A stretch of DNA of 63,142 bases, filler included, from 13 parts of 13 records of this genome joined end to end with filler, not necessarily neighbours in it; one strand, 5' to 3'; positions 14,756-26,636 are shown, numbered from the whole stretch's first letter. Made by a program: numbers and translations. Notes: generated by a model not told the origin, from the sequence alone.

Positions 14756-14891
14756 TTAATTCCACTGTGAAAACGAATATTTATTTTGCGTTCCCGTTTG
14801 TTTTATTTTTGTTAACATTTAATATAATTATTATTAACCTCGTGGACGCGTTAATGGCTAACTCATAATGGGTATTCAATAAGCTGTATTC

Positions 14892-15128
14892 TGTGATTGG
14901 TATCACATTTTTGTTTCGGGTGAATAGAAGGCGTTTTTTCGTTAATTTTGATTAATAATCAGTTTGTTATGCTCTGTTGTGAGTAAAAAATAACATCTGA
15001 CTTTCAATATTGGTGATCCATAAAACAATATTGAAAATTTCTTTTTGCTACGCCGTGTTTTCAATATTGGTGAGGAACTTAACAATATTGAAAGTTGGAT
15101 TTATCTGCGTGTGACATTTTCAATATTG
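14892..15128. promoter_or_regulatory. cai-fix divergent control region: CRP site plus repeated CAATATTG (CaiF) elements
   Basis: TGTGA-N6-TCACA at 14892-14907; CAATATTG at 15005, 15026, 15062, 15083, 15121. Confidence 0.8.
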
Positions 15129-15223
15129 GTGATTAAAGTTTTATTTCAAAATTAAAGGGCGTGATATCTGTAATTAACACCACCGATATGAACGACGTTT
15201 CCTTCATGATTTCTGGAGATGCA

Positions 15224-15299
15224 ATGAAGATTATTACTTGCTATAAGTGCGTGCCTGATGAACAGGATATTGCGGTCAATAATGCTGATGGTTCATTAG
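15224..15299 (+). CDS. fixA: Electron transfer flavoprotein beta-like FixA, 5' fragment
   Basis: [16 protein letters not shown]; cut by linker. Confidence 0.93.
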
Positions 15300-15399
15300 N
15301 NNNNNNNNNNNNNNNNNNNNNNNNNNNNNNNNNNNNNNNNNNNTTAATTAATTAANNNNNNNNNNNNNNNNNNNNNNNNNNNNNNNNNNNNNNNNNNNN

Positions 15400-15876
15400 C
15401 GCCAGAGAACGGGCTTCTTCATCGTACGCAGGACATGTGTCAGAGATTTCAGTGTCGGAGGACGGTAAACCCAGTTGTTCACGTTTGGCTTCCAGCGCAT
15501 GCATGGCGTCAAAGATAACTTTGTCGATATCCGCCCCCGAGGCCGCGCTGACCGTTGCTGCCAGTGTACCTTCGACCAACGGCGCAGCACACAAACGTAC
15601 TTTTGCGGCGATCTCGGGAGCCAGCAATTCCAGCGCAGTTTCAGCACTCAATAATGCGCTACCCATATCCATCATGACCAGCACATGGTCGGCATCAGCA
15701 ACAGATTCGATGGCCTCCATCACTTTGACGGCATCGGTACCAATGGGATTTTGTGGATCGTCAATTCCCGCGGCAATGGCGATTTTACAACTATCACTCA
15801 TTAACATCTGACGGGCTAATTCACCGACACCTTCTCCCAGTCGGCTGCTATGTGAAACTATGACCAGGTTTACCAT
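15400..15876 (-). CDS. dhaM: Dihydroxyacetone kinase phosphotransferase subunit, 5' part
   Basis: MVNLVIVSHS EIIA-like domain; cut by linker. Confidence 0.96.
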
Positions 15877-15886
15877 CACCAATTCC

Positions 15887-16519
15887 TTACTCTTTTGCGG
15901 CTAACGCCAACATTTGCATCATAAACATCACCGAGGTCGCGCCGGGATCCTGGTGACCAATACTGCGTTCACCGAGATAACTGGCGCGGCCTTTGCGGGC
16001 TTGCATCGTAATCGTACTTTGTGCAGCGGATTCGGCGATGCTACTGGCAGCTTCGAGCGCCACCGGAACAGAGAGATTTTGCTCGCTGGACTGACGTAAC
16101 GATTCCACCACCGGCACCCACACATCACACATGGTTTTATCGCCAGGTTCGGCTTTCCCGCGACTGATTACGCCGTCCGCGCCATCGCGGAACATCTGAT
16201 AAAGCTCTTCCAGTGTCAGGCTTTGCCGTGCCTGGGTCGCCTGTGCGGCGCGGATAAAGAAGGTACCGAACAGCGGACCACTGGCACCACCGACGCTGGA
16301 AAGCAGCGTCATACCGGTATTCTTGAGAATGAAACCGATATCTTTATCTGCGATAGCAGGGAGTTTTTCCACCACTTTGCTAAAGCCTCGGTTCATATTT
16401 AGCCCGTGGTCAGCATCGCCAATTTCGCGATCCAGTCCGGTAAGATACTCGCTCTCGGTGCTGAAAATATCGCCACAACGAGTGAGCCAGTTAACAATTT
16501 GAGTTCTGCTCAGTGACAT
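15887..16519 (-). CDS. dhaL: Dihydroxyacetone kinase ADP-binding subunit
   Basis: 210 aa; GDADHG, GRASYLG, DPGA. Confidence 0.97.
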   Translation of the reverse strand: MSLSRTQIVNWLTRCGDIFSTESEYLTGLDREIGDADHGLNMNRGFSKVVEKLPAIADKDIGFILKNTGMTLLSSVGGASGPLFGTFFIRAAQATQARQSLTLEELYQMFRDGADGVISRGKAEPGDKTMCDVWVPVVESLRQSSEQNLSVPVALEAASSIAESAAQSTITMQARKGRASYLGERSIGHQDPGATSVMFMMQMLALAAKE

Positions 16520-16529
16520 TGCTTTCTCC

Positions 16530-17600
16530 TTATTTACCCCAGTTAAGGGCCGGGGTGTGGACCGGGGCGTCCCAGAGTGCCAGCGTTTCGTCATCAACTT
16601 TCAGTAAGGTGATTGAGAAACCGGTCATATCCAGTGAGGTGCAGTACGCGCCAATTAAATTACGTTCGATAGTCAATCCCGCTTGCTGGCAACGTGTGGT
16701 CAGGCGGTTATAGACGCCGTACAGCTCAGAAAGCGGAGTTGCGCCAAGATTGTTAACCAGCGCAATCACCCGATCGCCAGACTGGAGCGGTTGTTTGGTT
16801 TGTTGTTCTTCCTGCCAACTGCCTTGTTGATAATCCCAGAAACGCAAAGTGCGATGGTATGAGCCATTTACCAGCAGGGTGTCGAACATTTCATCGACGG
16901 TTTGATCAAGGGAAGAGAAGGGGCGGCGGTCAATACCCGGCTCACCATGAATGCCGACGCCAAACTCCATCTCATTATCCGCCAGGGTAAAAGAAGGTTT
17001 GCCCGCGGCAGGAACGGTACAGGCATCGAGAGCGATACCTATTGAGTGGCCTTGATTATTCAGCTTACGCCCCAGTTCCGCACAGGCGTCCAGTGAGTCG
17101 CCACGCTCCGCCGCTGCGCCTACGAGTTTTTCAATTAATACGGTGTTGGCAACGCCGCGTCGCCCGGCAGTATAAAGACTGTCTTTTACCGCAACGTCGT
17201 CATCAATGACCACAGTGGTCACTTTTACGCCGCTATCGTGCAGTAACTCGGTCGCTGTTTCAAAGTTAAGAATATCGCCGGTGTAATTTTTGATAATCAA
17301 CAGTACACCTTCGCCGCCATCAACTTGCATGGCGCATTCAAAGATTTTATCGGGCGTCGGTGAGGTGAAAATTTCGCCCGGACAGGCCCCCGAAAGCATC
17401 CCCTGACCGATATAACCACAGTGCATCGGCTCGTGTCCGCTGCCGCCACCCGACAGCAGGGCGACTTTTCCTGCAACAGGGGCATCAGCTCGGGTGACAT
17501 ACACCGGATCCTGATGCAGTGTCAGCGATGGATGCGCTTTCGCCAGTCCTGCCAGTTGTTCGTCCAGTACGTCTTGCACATCATTGATCAATTTTTTCAT
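16530..17600 (-). CDS. dhaK: Dihydroxyacetone kinase substrate-binding subunit
   Basis: 356 aa; GGGSGHEP, GIHGEPG. Confidence 0.97.
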   Translation of the reverse strand: MKKLINDVQDVLDEQLAGLAKAHPSLTLHQDPVYVTRADAPVAGKVALLSGGGSGHEPMHCGYIGQGMLSGACPGEIFTSPTPDKIFECAMQVDGGEGVLLIIKNYTGDILNFETATELLHDSGVKVTTVVIDDDVAVKDSLYTAGRRGVANTVLIEKLVGAAAERGDSLDACAELGRKLNNQGHSIGIALDACTVPAAGKPSFTLADNEMEFGVGIHGEPGIDRRPFSSLDQTVDEMFDTLLVNGSYHRTLRFWDYQQGSWQEEQQTKQPLQSGDRVIALVNNLGATPLSELYGVYNRLTTRCQQAGLTIERNLIGAYCTSLDMTGFSITLLKVDDETLALWDAPVHTPALNWGK

Positions 17601-17827
17601 TATTTTGCTCCAGCAATTACGGTAGGGCATGGATGATGTTCAACGACACGGCGACCACTGACTGCCGATGAATCCATTGTGCATCAGGCAAGGGAAAAGA
17701 AAATTAGCCCAAATTATGTTTCATAGTGAAACATATGCTTTAATGAATGTTCCATATTGAAACTTTTACGTGTATTAATACTTAAAATTGCGAGCCGGAA
17801 CACCTTTTGTCATAAGGGATGCGGGAT

Positions 17828-19747
17828 ATGAGTGGCGCTTTTAACAACGATGGTCGGGGCATATCTCCCTTAATTGCAACCTCCTGGGAGCGATGCAATA
17901 AGCTGATGAAACGGGAGACATGGAACGTACCACATCAGGCCCAGGGCGTGACATTTGCTTCTATTTATCGGCGTAAGAAAGCGATGCTGACGCTCGGGCA
18001 GGCTGCGCTGGAAGATGCCTGGGAATATATGGCACCGCGAGAGTGTGCGCTGTTTATCCTCGATGAAACCGCCTGCATTCTCAGCCGTAATGGCGATCCG
18101 CAAACCTTGCAGCAGCTAAGTGCACTGGGATTCAATGACGGCACGTATTGCGCCGAGGGAATTATTGGTACTTGTGCGCTATCGTTAGCGGCTATCTCTG
18201 GTCAGGCCGTGAAAACGATGGCCGATCAACATTTCAAACAGGTACTCTGGAACTGGGCCTTTTGTGCAACGCCGTTGTTTGACAGCAAGGGCCGATTGAC
18301 GGGAACAATAGCGCTGGCGTGTCCGGTTGAGCAAACTACCGCAGCTGATTTGCCGTTGACGTTGGCAATCGCCCGCGAGGTCGGAAATTTACTGCTGACG
18401 GACAGTTTGCTCGCTGAAACTAACCGTCATTTAAATCAACTTAATGCCCTGTTAGAAAGTATGGATGATGGCGTGATTAGCTGGGACGAGCAGGGTAATT
18501 TGCAATTTATTAATGCCCAGGCGGCGCGGGTCTTGCGCCTTGACGCGACGGCAAGTCAGGGACGGGCAATCACTGAACTCTTAACGTTACCCGCCGTATT
18601 GCAACAAGCAATAAAACAGGCACATCCGCTCAAACACGTAGAAGCAACCTTTGAAAGCCAGCACCAGTTTATTGATGCGGTGATAACCCTTAAACCGATA
18701 ATAGAAACGCAGGGAACCAGCTTTATTTTGTTGCTCCATCCTGTGGAACAGATGCGGCAGTTGATGACCAGTCAATTAGGAAAAGTCAGCCATACCTTCG
18801 CTCATATGCCACAGGACGATCCGCAAACCCGCCGCTTGATTCATTTTGGTCGCCAGGCGGCGCGCAGTAGCTTTCCTGTCCTGCTTTGTGGAGAAGAGGG
18901 CGTGGGCAAGGCACTGCTAAGTCAGGCAATTCATAATGAAAGCGAGCGTGCTGCAGGTCCTTATATCGCCGTCAATTGTGAGTTATATGGTGATGCTGCG
19001 CTGGCGGAAGAATTTATTGGTGGCGATCGCACGGACAATGAAAATGGCCGTCTGAGTCGGCTGGAACTGGCACACGGCGGCACGCTGTTTCTTGAAAAGA
19101 TTGAATATCTGGCGGTGGAGTTACAGTCTGCTTTGCTTCAGGTTATCAAGCAGGGGGTTATCACGCGACTGGATGCGCGGCGTTTAATACCAATTGATGT
19201 CAAAGTGATTGCAACAACGACCGCGGACCTCGCAATGCTGGTGGAACAAAATCGTTTTAGTCGCCAGCTGTATTACGCGCTGCATGCATTTGAAATTACC
19301 ATCCCGCCTCTGCGTATGCGGCGTGGCAGCATTCCGGCGCTGGTGAATAACAAATTACGCAGTCTTGAAAAACGCTTCTCTACGCGGCTGAAAATTGATG
19401 ACGATGCCCTCGCTCGCCTGGTTTCTTGTGCATGGCCAGGCAACGATTTTGAACTTTACAGCGTCATCGAGAATCTTGCTCTGAGTAGTGATAACGGGCG
19501 CATTCGCGTCAGTGATTTGCCGGAACATCTGTTTACCGAGCAGGCGACAGATGATGTCAGCGCCACCCGCCTTTCCACCAGTCTGTCATTTGCGGAAGTT
19601 GAAAAAGAGGCAATTATTAACGCAGCCCAGGTCACAGGCGGTCGCATTCAGGAAATGTCGGCTTTACTTGGGATCGGCCGCACTACGCTGTGGCGGAAAA
19701 TGAAGCAACATGGCATTGATGCAGGGCAGTTTAAGCGCCGGGTATGA
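17828..19747 (+). CDS. dhaR: GAF-PAS-AAA+-HTH regulator of the dha operon
   Basis: GEEGVGK Walker A, WPGN, C-terminal Fis-type HTH; divergent from dhaK. Confidence 0.96.
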   Translation: MSGAFNNDGRGISPLIATSWERCNKLMKRETWNVPHQAQGVTFASIYRRKKAMLTLGQAALEDAWEYMAPRECALFILDETACILSRNGDPQTLQQLSALGFNDGTYCAEGIIGTCALSLAAISGQAVKTMADQHFKQVLWNWAFCATPLFDSKGRLTGTIALACPVEQTTAADLPLTLAIAREVGNLLLTDSLLAETNRHLNQLNALLESMDDGVISWDEQGNLQFINAQAARVLRLDATASQGRAITELLTLPAVLQQAIKQAHPLKHVEATFESQHQFIDAVITLKPIIETQGTSFILLLHPVEQMRQLMTSQLGKVSHTFAHMPQDDPQTRRLIHFGRQAARSSFPVLLCGEEGVGKALLSQAIHNESERAAGPYIAVNCELYGDAALAEEFIGGDRTDNENGRLSRLELAHGGTLFLEKIEYLAVELQSALLQVIKQGVITRLDARRLIPIDVKVIATTTADLAMLVEQNRFSRQLYYALHAFEITIPPLRMRRGSIPALVNNKLRSLEKRFSTRLKIDDDALARLVSCAWPGNDFELYSVIENLALSSDNGRIRVSDLPEHLFTEQATDDVSATRLSTSLSFAEVEKEAIINAAQVTGGRIQEMSALLGIGRTTLWRKMKQHGIDAGQFKRRV

Positions 19748-19846
19748 AAGACAGAAACGATTTCTGATACATCAGAGTGATCTGTATTTCATTCCGGCGC
19801 ACGCTAACAATTTTCAGCATCGTTTAAGGGCTTGTCTATCCCGCAC

Positions 19847-20922
19847 TTAAAAGCTGAAGCGATATCCTCCGTTGACTTGCTTCTGATCAAAGAGGTTACC
19901 CTGCGTGTAATCCGCTTCGAGATAGAATGTGTGCTGTTTGTTATACTGTGCACTGACTCCCACGCCGTTATTCCAGCCATTACCTTTGAAACTGTACTTC
20001 TCCCGGGAGTTGTTCAACAGATATTCGGTATCCCCTGAAAACTCGCGGATAGCGCCAGTCTTCACATAGACATTCAGCTGGCTGTTGCCTGCGGTGATGT
20101 CATACCCCAGTATCATGCTGGCACGCCCCAGCAGCGATTCGTAGTGATTCAGATGTATATTGAGGCCATTACTCGCCTTCATAGTCATCTCATTCTGGTG
20201 GCTGTATGTAAGCTGGGTTTGCGGCTCTATATAGAACCCATAACCAGTAGGGGACAGGTTGAACCTCTGCCCGGCTTCCAGGGAGATGCTCATTCCATTC
20301 GCAGTGCCGTTGGCGTTAACGCCGTTGTTCTGACTGTCCAGTACGTGGAAACTATTTTTCTGGCGCGATGCTTTTATAACGAGATCGCTGTAAAAACCGT
20401 TTTGTGCCATGTAACTGGCGTACATTCCCATGTAGTCTGAACGTGCGGTACCGTCGCCTCCGCTATAGTCCGGCGATGCATGTGTTGAGCCAATATACAG
20501 ACCGACATACAACGGCATTACATCAGAGAGACGTTTATCCCCACCAAACTGGATACCGCTGTAACCCATGTCAAAGCCGCTCAGTTTGCCACTGGCAAAG
20601 GAGTCCAGGCTTCCCCCACTAACTGCGCAACCAGATATTACCGTCTTTACTCTGATTTCGCAGGTCACCCATCCGTTGCATCAGCGTACGGTTTTCAACA
20701 TAGTTCAATAAGTAACCGACATTGAGATAATTGCCGCCAGCATCTGCGGTCGTGGTGGGTTTAGGCGTGGGAGCGGGTTCAGGCGTAGGATCGGGGTTGA
20801 CTATGGGAGGCTGAGCGGGAGCTGGTGTGGGTTCAGGATTAGGAGTCGGTTCCGGAACTGTCCCGGAAGCGTAAAGCTCCCAGTTAGTGCCATTTTTACG
20901 CACATCGTACAGATATCCCCCC
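19847..20922 (-). CDS. ycgV: Autotransporter YcgV, 3' part, with an apparent 1-nt insertion at about 20619
   Basis: PEPTP linker then beta-barrel ending YRFSF; ORFs 20619-20903 and 19847-20668 join as WLRS-Y-GGSLDSF if one base is removed. Confidence 0.9.
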
Positions 20923-21022
20923 NNNNNNNNNNNNNNNNNNNNNNNNNNNNNNNNNNNNNNNNNNNNTTAATTAATTAANNNNNNNNNNNNNNNNNNNNNN
21001 NNNNNNNNNNNNNNNNNNNNNN

Positions 21023-21052
21023 CAAGCGCTCTCCCAGCTGAGCTATAGCCCC
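21023..21052 (-). tRNA. alaW: tRNA-Ala 5' fragment (alaW position)
   Basis: Minus strand GGGGCTATAGCTCAGCTGGGAGAGCGCTTG; TTGACA/TATGAT promoter upstream; adjacent to yfeC. Confidence 0.88.
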
Positions 21053-21287
21053 GTCACGTAAAGCTTGTCGAGTTGACGGGCGGCATCATATGAATTCCGC
21101 CCGAATGTGTCAACGGCAAATTGCAACGTGTAGTTTCAATCGCTGAAAAATCAGGCAAATGAACAATTTTGGAAAACCGCTCGCATTCAGTAGTTATTCA
21201 TGTCACGGTTTCCTGTAAAGTGGTGTTATAAAATGAACTACTAATAGACCCACATACATTCAGGGAATTGTTATGTTCAAGGAGAGG

Positions 21288-21632
21288 ATGACACCAGATG
21301 AACTTGCCAGACTGACCGGCTATAGCCGCCAGACCATTAATAAATGGGTACGCAAGGAAGGCTGGACAACGTCACCAAAACCTGGCGTCCAGGGTGGCAA
21401 AGCCCGACTGGTTCACGTCAATGAACAGGTTCGTGAATATATTCGCAATGCTGAACGTCCAGAAGGTCAGGGAGAAGCGCCTGCCCTTTCTGGTGATGCG
21501 CCGCTTGAAGTATTGCTGGTGACACTGGCGAAAGAGATGACGCCAGTTGAACAAAAACAGTTTACATCCTTGCTTCTGCGGGAAGGGATTATCGGATTGT
21601 TACAACGCTTAGGGATTCGCGATAGCAAATAA
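21288..21632 (+). CDS. yfeC: Putative DNA-binding regulator YfeC
   Basis: MTPDELARLTG HTH; paralog of the next gene; alternative start 21273. Confidence 0.92.
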   Translation: MTPDELARLTGYSRQTINKWVRKEGWTTSPKPGVQGGKARLVHVNEQVREYIRNAERPEGQGEAPALSGDAPLEVLLVTLAKEMTPVEQKQFTSLLLREGIIGLLQRLGIRDSK

Positions 21633-21633
21633 T

Positions 21634-22026
21634 ATGAAAAGATTACGCAATAAAATGACCACCGAAGAACTGGCTGAATGCCTCGGTGTGGCTAAACAAA
21701 CTGTTAACCGTTGGATCAGAGAAAAAGGCTGGAAAACGGAAAAATTTCCCGGCGTGAAAGGCGGTCGTGCCAGACTTATTCTGGTCGATACGCAAGTTTG
21801 CGAGTTTATTCAGAACACGCCAGCCTTCCATAACACACCAATGTTGATGGAAGCTGAAGAGAGAATTGCTGAATACGCTCCTGGAGCACGCGCCCCGGCG
21901 TATCGACAAATCATCAACGCGATAGATAATATGACAGACATTGAGCAGGAAAAAGTCGCGCAATTTTTGTCACGTGAAGGAATTCGCAATTTCCTCGCCC
22001 GTCTCGATATTGACGAATCAGCATAA
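21634..22026 (+). CDS. yfeD: Putative DNA-binding regulator YfeD
   Basis: 130 aa; HTH MTTEELAECLG. Confidence 0.92.
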   Translation: MKRLRNKMTTEELAECLGVAKQTVNRWIREKGWKTEKFPGVKGGRARLILVDTQVCEFIQNTPAFHNTPMLMEAEERIAEYAPGARAPAYRQIINAIDNMTDIEQEKVAQFLSREGIRNFLARLDIDESA

Positions 22027-22077
22027 ATAAAAAACGGCAGGATATTATCTCCTGCCGTTTATCTTTTTACACGCTAA

Positions 22078-23493
22078 TTACTGCTGATTTTCGCGTTCAG
22101 CAATAAAATCCAGCGCTTTGTTGATACGCTCGATACTGCGGGTCTTACCAATTGCGTGAACGGTAACATCCAGTGCTGGAGACTGCCCCGCACCGGTTAC
22201 GGCGACACGCAGCGGCATACCAACTTTACCCATACCCACTTCCAGCTCATCCGCCGTCGCCTGAATAGCGTGATGAACGTTTTCAGCGGTCCAGTCAGTA
22301 ATCGCGGCCAGTTTGTCACGAACCACTTCCAGCGGCTGACGCGCTACCGGACGCAGATGTTTTTTCGCGGCGTCGGCATCGAACTCAGCAAAATCTTCGT
22401 AGAAATAACGGCAGCTCTGTGCCATCTCTTTCAGCGTCTTGCAGCGTTCGCCCAGCAGTTTCACCAGATCAGCCAGCTGCGGGCCGTTACGGGTATCGAT
22501 ATTTTCCTGCTCAATGTGCCACTGTAAGTGAGTAGCAACATACTCCGGCGGCAGCGCGTTAATGTAGTGATGGTTCAGCCACAGCAGCTTGTCGGTGTTG
22601 AACGCACTGGCAGATTTGCTGACGGCATTCAAAGTGAAGTATTTGATCATCTCTTCACGAGTGAAGATTTCCTGATCGCCGTGGGACCAGCCCAGACGCA
22701 CCAGATAGTTCAGCAGTGCTTCTGGCAAATAACCGTCATCACGATACTGCATTACGCTGACTGCCCCGTGACGTTTGGACAGTTTTTTACCGTCATCGCC
22801 ATTGATCATAGAAACGTGCGCGTAAACCGGCACCGGCGCTTTCAGGGCCTTAAGAATGTTGATCTGGCGTGGCGTGTTGTTGATATGGTCTTCGCCACGG
22901 ATAACGTGGGTGATTTCCATATCCCAGTCATCGACAACCACACAGAAGTTATAGGTTGGGGAACCATCGGTACGGCGGATAATAAGATCGTCCAGTTCCT
23001 GGTTGCTGAACTCGATCGGACCACGGATCTGATCGTCAAAAACAACAGAACCTTCCTGCGGGTTAGCAAAACGTACAACACACGGTTCATCATCAGCATG
23101 ATGCTCATGGCTGTGGCGGCAGCGACCGTCATAACGCGGCTTCTCACCTTTCGCCATTTGCTCTTCGCGCAGCGCTTCCAGGCGCTCTTTAGAGCAATAG
23201 CATTTATAAGCAGTGCCCTCTTCCAGCATCTGATCGATCACCGCGTTGTAGCGATCAAAACGTTTGGTCTGGTAGTACGGACCTTCATCCCACTCCAGGC
23301 TCAGCCAGTTCATGCCATCCATAATGGCTTCGATAGCTTCCGGCGTGGAACGCTCAAGATCGGTGTCTTCAATACGCAGCACGAACTCACCGCCGTGGTT
23401 ACGTGCAAAAAGCCAGGAGTAAAGAGCAGTACGCGCGCCGCCAACGTGCAGATAGCCTGTTGGGCTTGGCGCGAAGCGAGTTTTGATTTTCAT
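22078..23493 (-). CDS. gltX: Glutamate-tRNA ligase
   Basis: [14 protein letters not shown] and KLSKR motifs; 471 aa. Confidence 0.99.
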
Positions 23494-23606
23494 GAAATGG
23501 CCTTACNNNNNNNNNNNNNNNNNNNNNNNNNNNNNNNNNNNNNNNNNNNNTTAATTAATTAANNNNNNNNNNNNNNNNNNNNNNNNNNNNNNNNNNNNNN
23601 NNNNNN

Positions 23607-24485
23607 CCCCCTGTTGGTGGCGTGTCTGAAGAACAACTTTGGGGTGGCGAAGCGGCTGCTGGACTCGGGTGCGAAGGCCACGGTCTCCAACAGCGACGGG
23701 GTGACGCCGCTGCTGGCCGCGATGAACCACGACAACATGGAGCTGTTCCAGGCGTTAGTCGCTGCCAACGCAGACATCAATCATCCGGACAAGGTAGCCG
23801 CTTTTGTGCGCTGGCAGGTCATGCGTGTCTGAGCGTCGTTGCAGGACGGGAACATGTGTCTGCATGTGGCTGCCAGCAAGGGGAACTTGAAGCTGGTGCA
23901 GACGCTAATGGGAGGGCGGGGCCGATGTCAATGTTCGCAACGCCACCAGTATGTGTGTGTGTGTGCGTCGTCCGCCCGCTGATGTTGTGCAGATGTCACA
24001 CCGCTGATGCTGGCTGTGGAATCCAAGCATAGCAAGGTTGTGGATCTTCTGCTCGCGTCCGGCAAGGCGGACTTGAACGCGCGAGATGCTGTACGTTTGT
24101 AATGGGCTTGCGTATTGACTGTATCCGTGACTGATCTTTGTTGCGCAGACGGGGAACACTGCGCTCCATCGATGTTGTGCCAAGGGAGAGCTTGAGATCA
24201 TCAAGCGGTTGCTCAAAGAAAATGCAGACTACACAATTACGAATAATGACGGGCTGACAGCATGCGAAATGAACGATCACCCGCAGATTCTGTATCTCTT
24301 CGACGGTACGCTGTGCATGCTCTCTGATAGAGTGGGCCGCATGATACTAAACGCGTGTAGAGCATCGTCTGATCAACCAAGCGCCCACAACGTCTGACGA
24401 GCTCATACCGTGTGAGTTCTGCAACAAGATGTTCCCCCTGCAAGCGATCATGGCGCACCAGTTTAACTGCAACGGCGGTTCCTAG
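23607..24485 (+). CDS. Eukaryotic ankyrin-repeat protein with C-terminal C2HC zinc finger (5' partial, 4 introns)
   Basis: Spliced repeats GVTPLLAA, GNMCLHVAA, NVTPLMLAV, GNTALHRCC; tail IPCEFCNKMFPLQAIMAHQFNCNGGS*; GT-AG introns (e.g. 23949-23992, 44 nt); needs removal of one G near 23911. Confidence 0.85.
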
Positions 24486-24725
24486 GCGTCTGTTCTCGTG
24501 CAGCGTTATCATATGAGTGGTGTTCGTAAACAGTACCGATAGTTTAATGATCTGCATCTTCGGTCGCACTTCGCAGCAGAGGTCTGACAGCGTGTCAGAC
24601 AGTATCGATAGCGATACACCTCGGAGGAGAACTCCGGAGTCGCGTTCCCTCCGCCAGCGCTTTCAATATGCGGTTCATCAATTGTTATAACACGGCAATC
24701 ATCGTTTCTACGGTACCCATATCAT

Positions 24726-26439
24726 ATGCTCGAAAATTCACTATGTATATCGTCTGCTCTTGCGGCGGCATTTCGCACTGCAATTAGCAAAGCGTTCCCC
24801 GGGTTGCCGCGTCTCGTTGCTCCTGCAATCGCCCATGCTTCTATTGGCGTTCCAGCTGACTATCAATGTAACAATGCTTTTGCGCTCGCCAAATTAACCT
24901 CTCGTCGATCTCCGATCGAGGCCGCAGAACAGCTTGTGCGCCATGTTCCAGGTGTTCCTTGGATTAGAACATGCACAGTGTCACCTCCCGGATTCATTAA
25001 CATCTCCATCTGCGATCGCACCTTGGGCAGCTTTGTGCGACACGTGGCTCTTCACGGGTTTCCTCGTCTTCGGACTGCTTCCCCGCGTCGTGTGCTGATT
25101 GACTTTGCGTCCCCGAATATGTGCAAGGTGTTGCACGTGGGACACTTGCGCTCCATAGTCCTGGGAGACGCTCTTGCTCGTCTCTTCGAGTACCGTGGAC
25201 ACAACGTAGCTCGCATTAGTCACGTTGGTATGCCCAATGTATTTTTCTCATGTCTGTATGTGATGGTTCTGAGCGTACCTGTCCGTAGGGGACTGGGGCG
25301 TCCCTGTCGCAATGGTGTTGGAGTATGTGATGCGCACCTCTCGGGCGCCACTGCTCAGAGAACGTCTCCCACTGAGTGACGAGCTGCTCGCGTGGTATGC
25401 GGATGCGAAACGTCTGTTCGATGCGGACGAAAGCTTCCGCTCTGCCACGCATGCAATGTTGGGCCGGCTGCAAGCGCACGACGAGTCTATCTTGCCGCTG
25501 TGGCGAACGCTCTGTGAGGCCAGCCGTCGAGATTTTCAGCGGGTATGCGGCCGTGGGTTCGATTTCTACTCCATGTTTCGCGACGAACTGCAAACTCACT
25601 CGGGCCTTCCTGTAGATATATGATATGTTGGATGTGCGTGTCGAGGAACGTGGCGAGTCCTCCTACGCAGCGCACATTAAGCCCGTCATCGAAGAATTGG
25701 CTCGCAAGGATTTGATTGTGCGCAGTCAGGTATAGTTGATGTACGACCGTGTTTTCTCAATAAGCAGTCTCTGGGACCCGCAGCAGTGCGCGTGCGATTG
25801 CCACGCATACAGACACACGTGTTTTTACTGCTCTGTTGTTCATCAGTCCACGGTTCGCTGCATAGGGGGCATTGGTGTATGGGTCCGGTGAGCGCGTGAT
25901 GCTGCTCCAGAAATCCGATGGTACTGCACTGTATGCCACAACCGATGTTGCTGCCCTGCGCACGCGCATTGAACAAGGGTTTGAGCAGATCATCTACGTC
26001 ACGGACATGTCGCAAACCGACCACTTCAAGCGTGTGTTTGAGGTACGAGTGTAGCGCCGCCGTATGCAAACGATGTCCTGACAGCTGTGCGTTGTCAGAT
26101 TGGCACCGCAGCGGGTGGGTCTCGGACCGCCACTCCCTGCACCATGTCACCTTCGGAATGGTGCAGGGTGCCAACCGCAGGAAACTCAGGTGCGTCCTGT
26201 TGCGCCGCGTGTCAGCCGAAAGAGCTCTGACGGTTGCTGTGTGTGTGCAGCTCGCGGGACGGCGTTTCGTTGCTGCTGATTGACCTGTTGCAACAAGGTG
26301 CGCAGTGCTCCTCCGATTGCTCGTGTCCGTCACTAACGTCACATGTCGCGGCTGCCTGTAGCGTGCGAAGCGGCACAGAGTGTCCTTGCGGGTGCCCGCG
26401 CCGCCGATCCCGCCATGGCACCGGCTTCCCCCGCGCACA
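24726..26439 (+). CDS. Eukaryotic arginyl-tRNA synthetase (3' partial, 6 introns)
   Basis: DYQCNNA, PGFINI, DFASPN..LHVGHLRS, HVG^DWG across intron 25228-25288, GESSY, KSDG..LYATTD, KLS^SRDG; 1-nt frameshift near 26100-26116. Confidence 0.92.
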
Positions 26440-26636
26440 NNNNNNNNNNNNNNNNNNNNNNNNNNNNNNNNNNNNNNNNNNNNTTAATTAATTAANNNNN
26501 NNNNNNNNNNNNNNNNNNNNNNNNNNNNNNNNNNNNNNNACCAACCAACATGCACTGACACGATCGCACACATGCACAGTCGACAATACTGGTGGCCCTT
26601 ACACACACTGGGCGAACTCAAATCGCAGTGACATAC

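Noticed and set aside
15005-15128. Five CAATATTG repeats as a novel array
   Set aside because: Known CaiF-responsive cai-fix regulatory region
20750-20860. Pro-rich PEPTP repeats
   Set aside because: Normal autotransporter linker of YcgV
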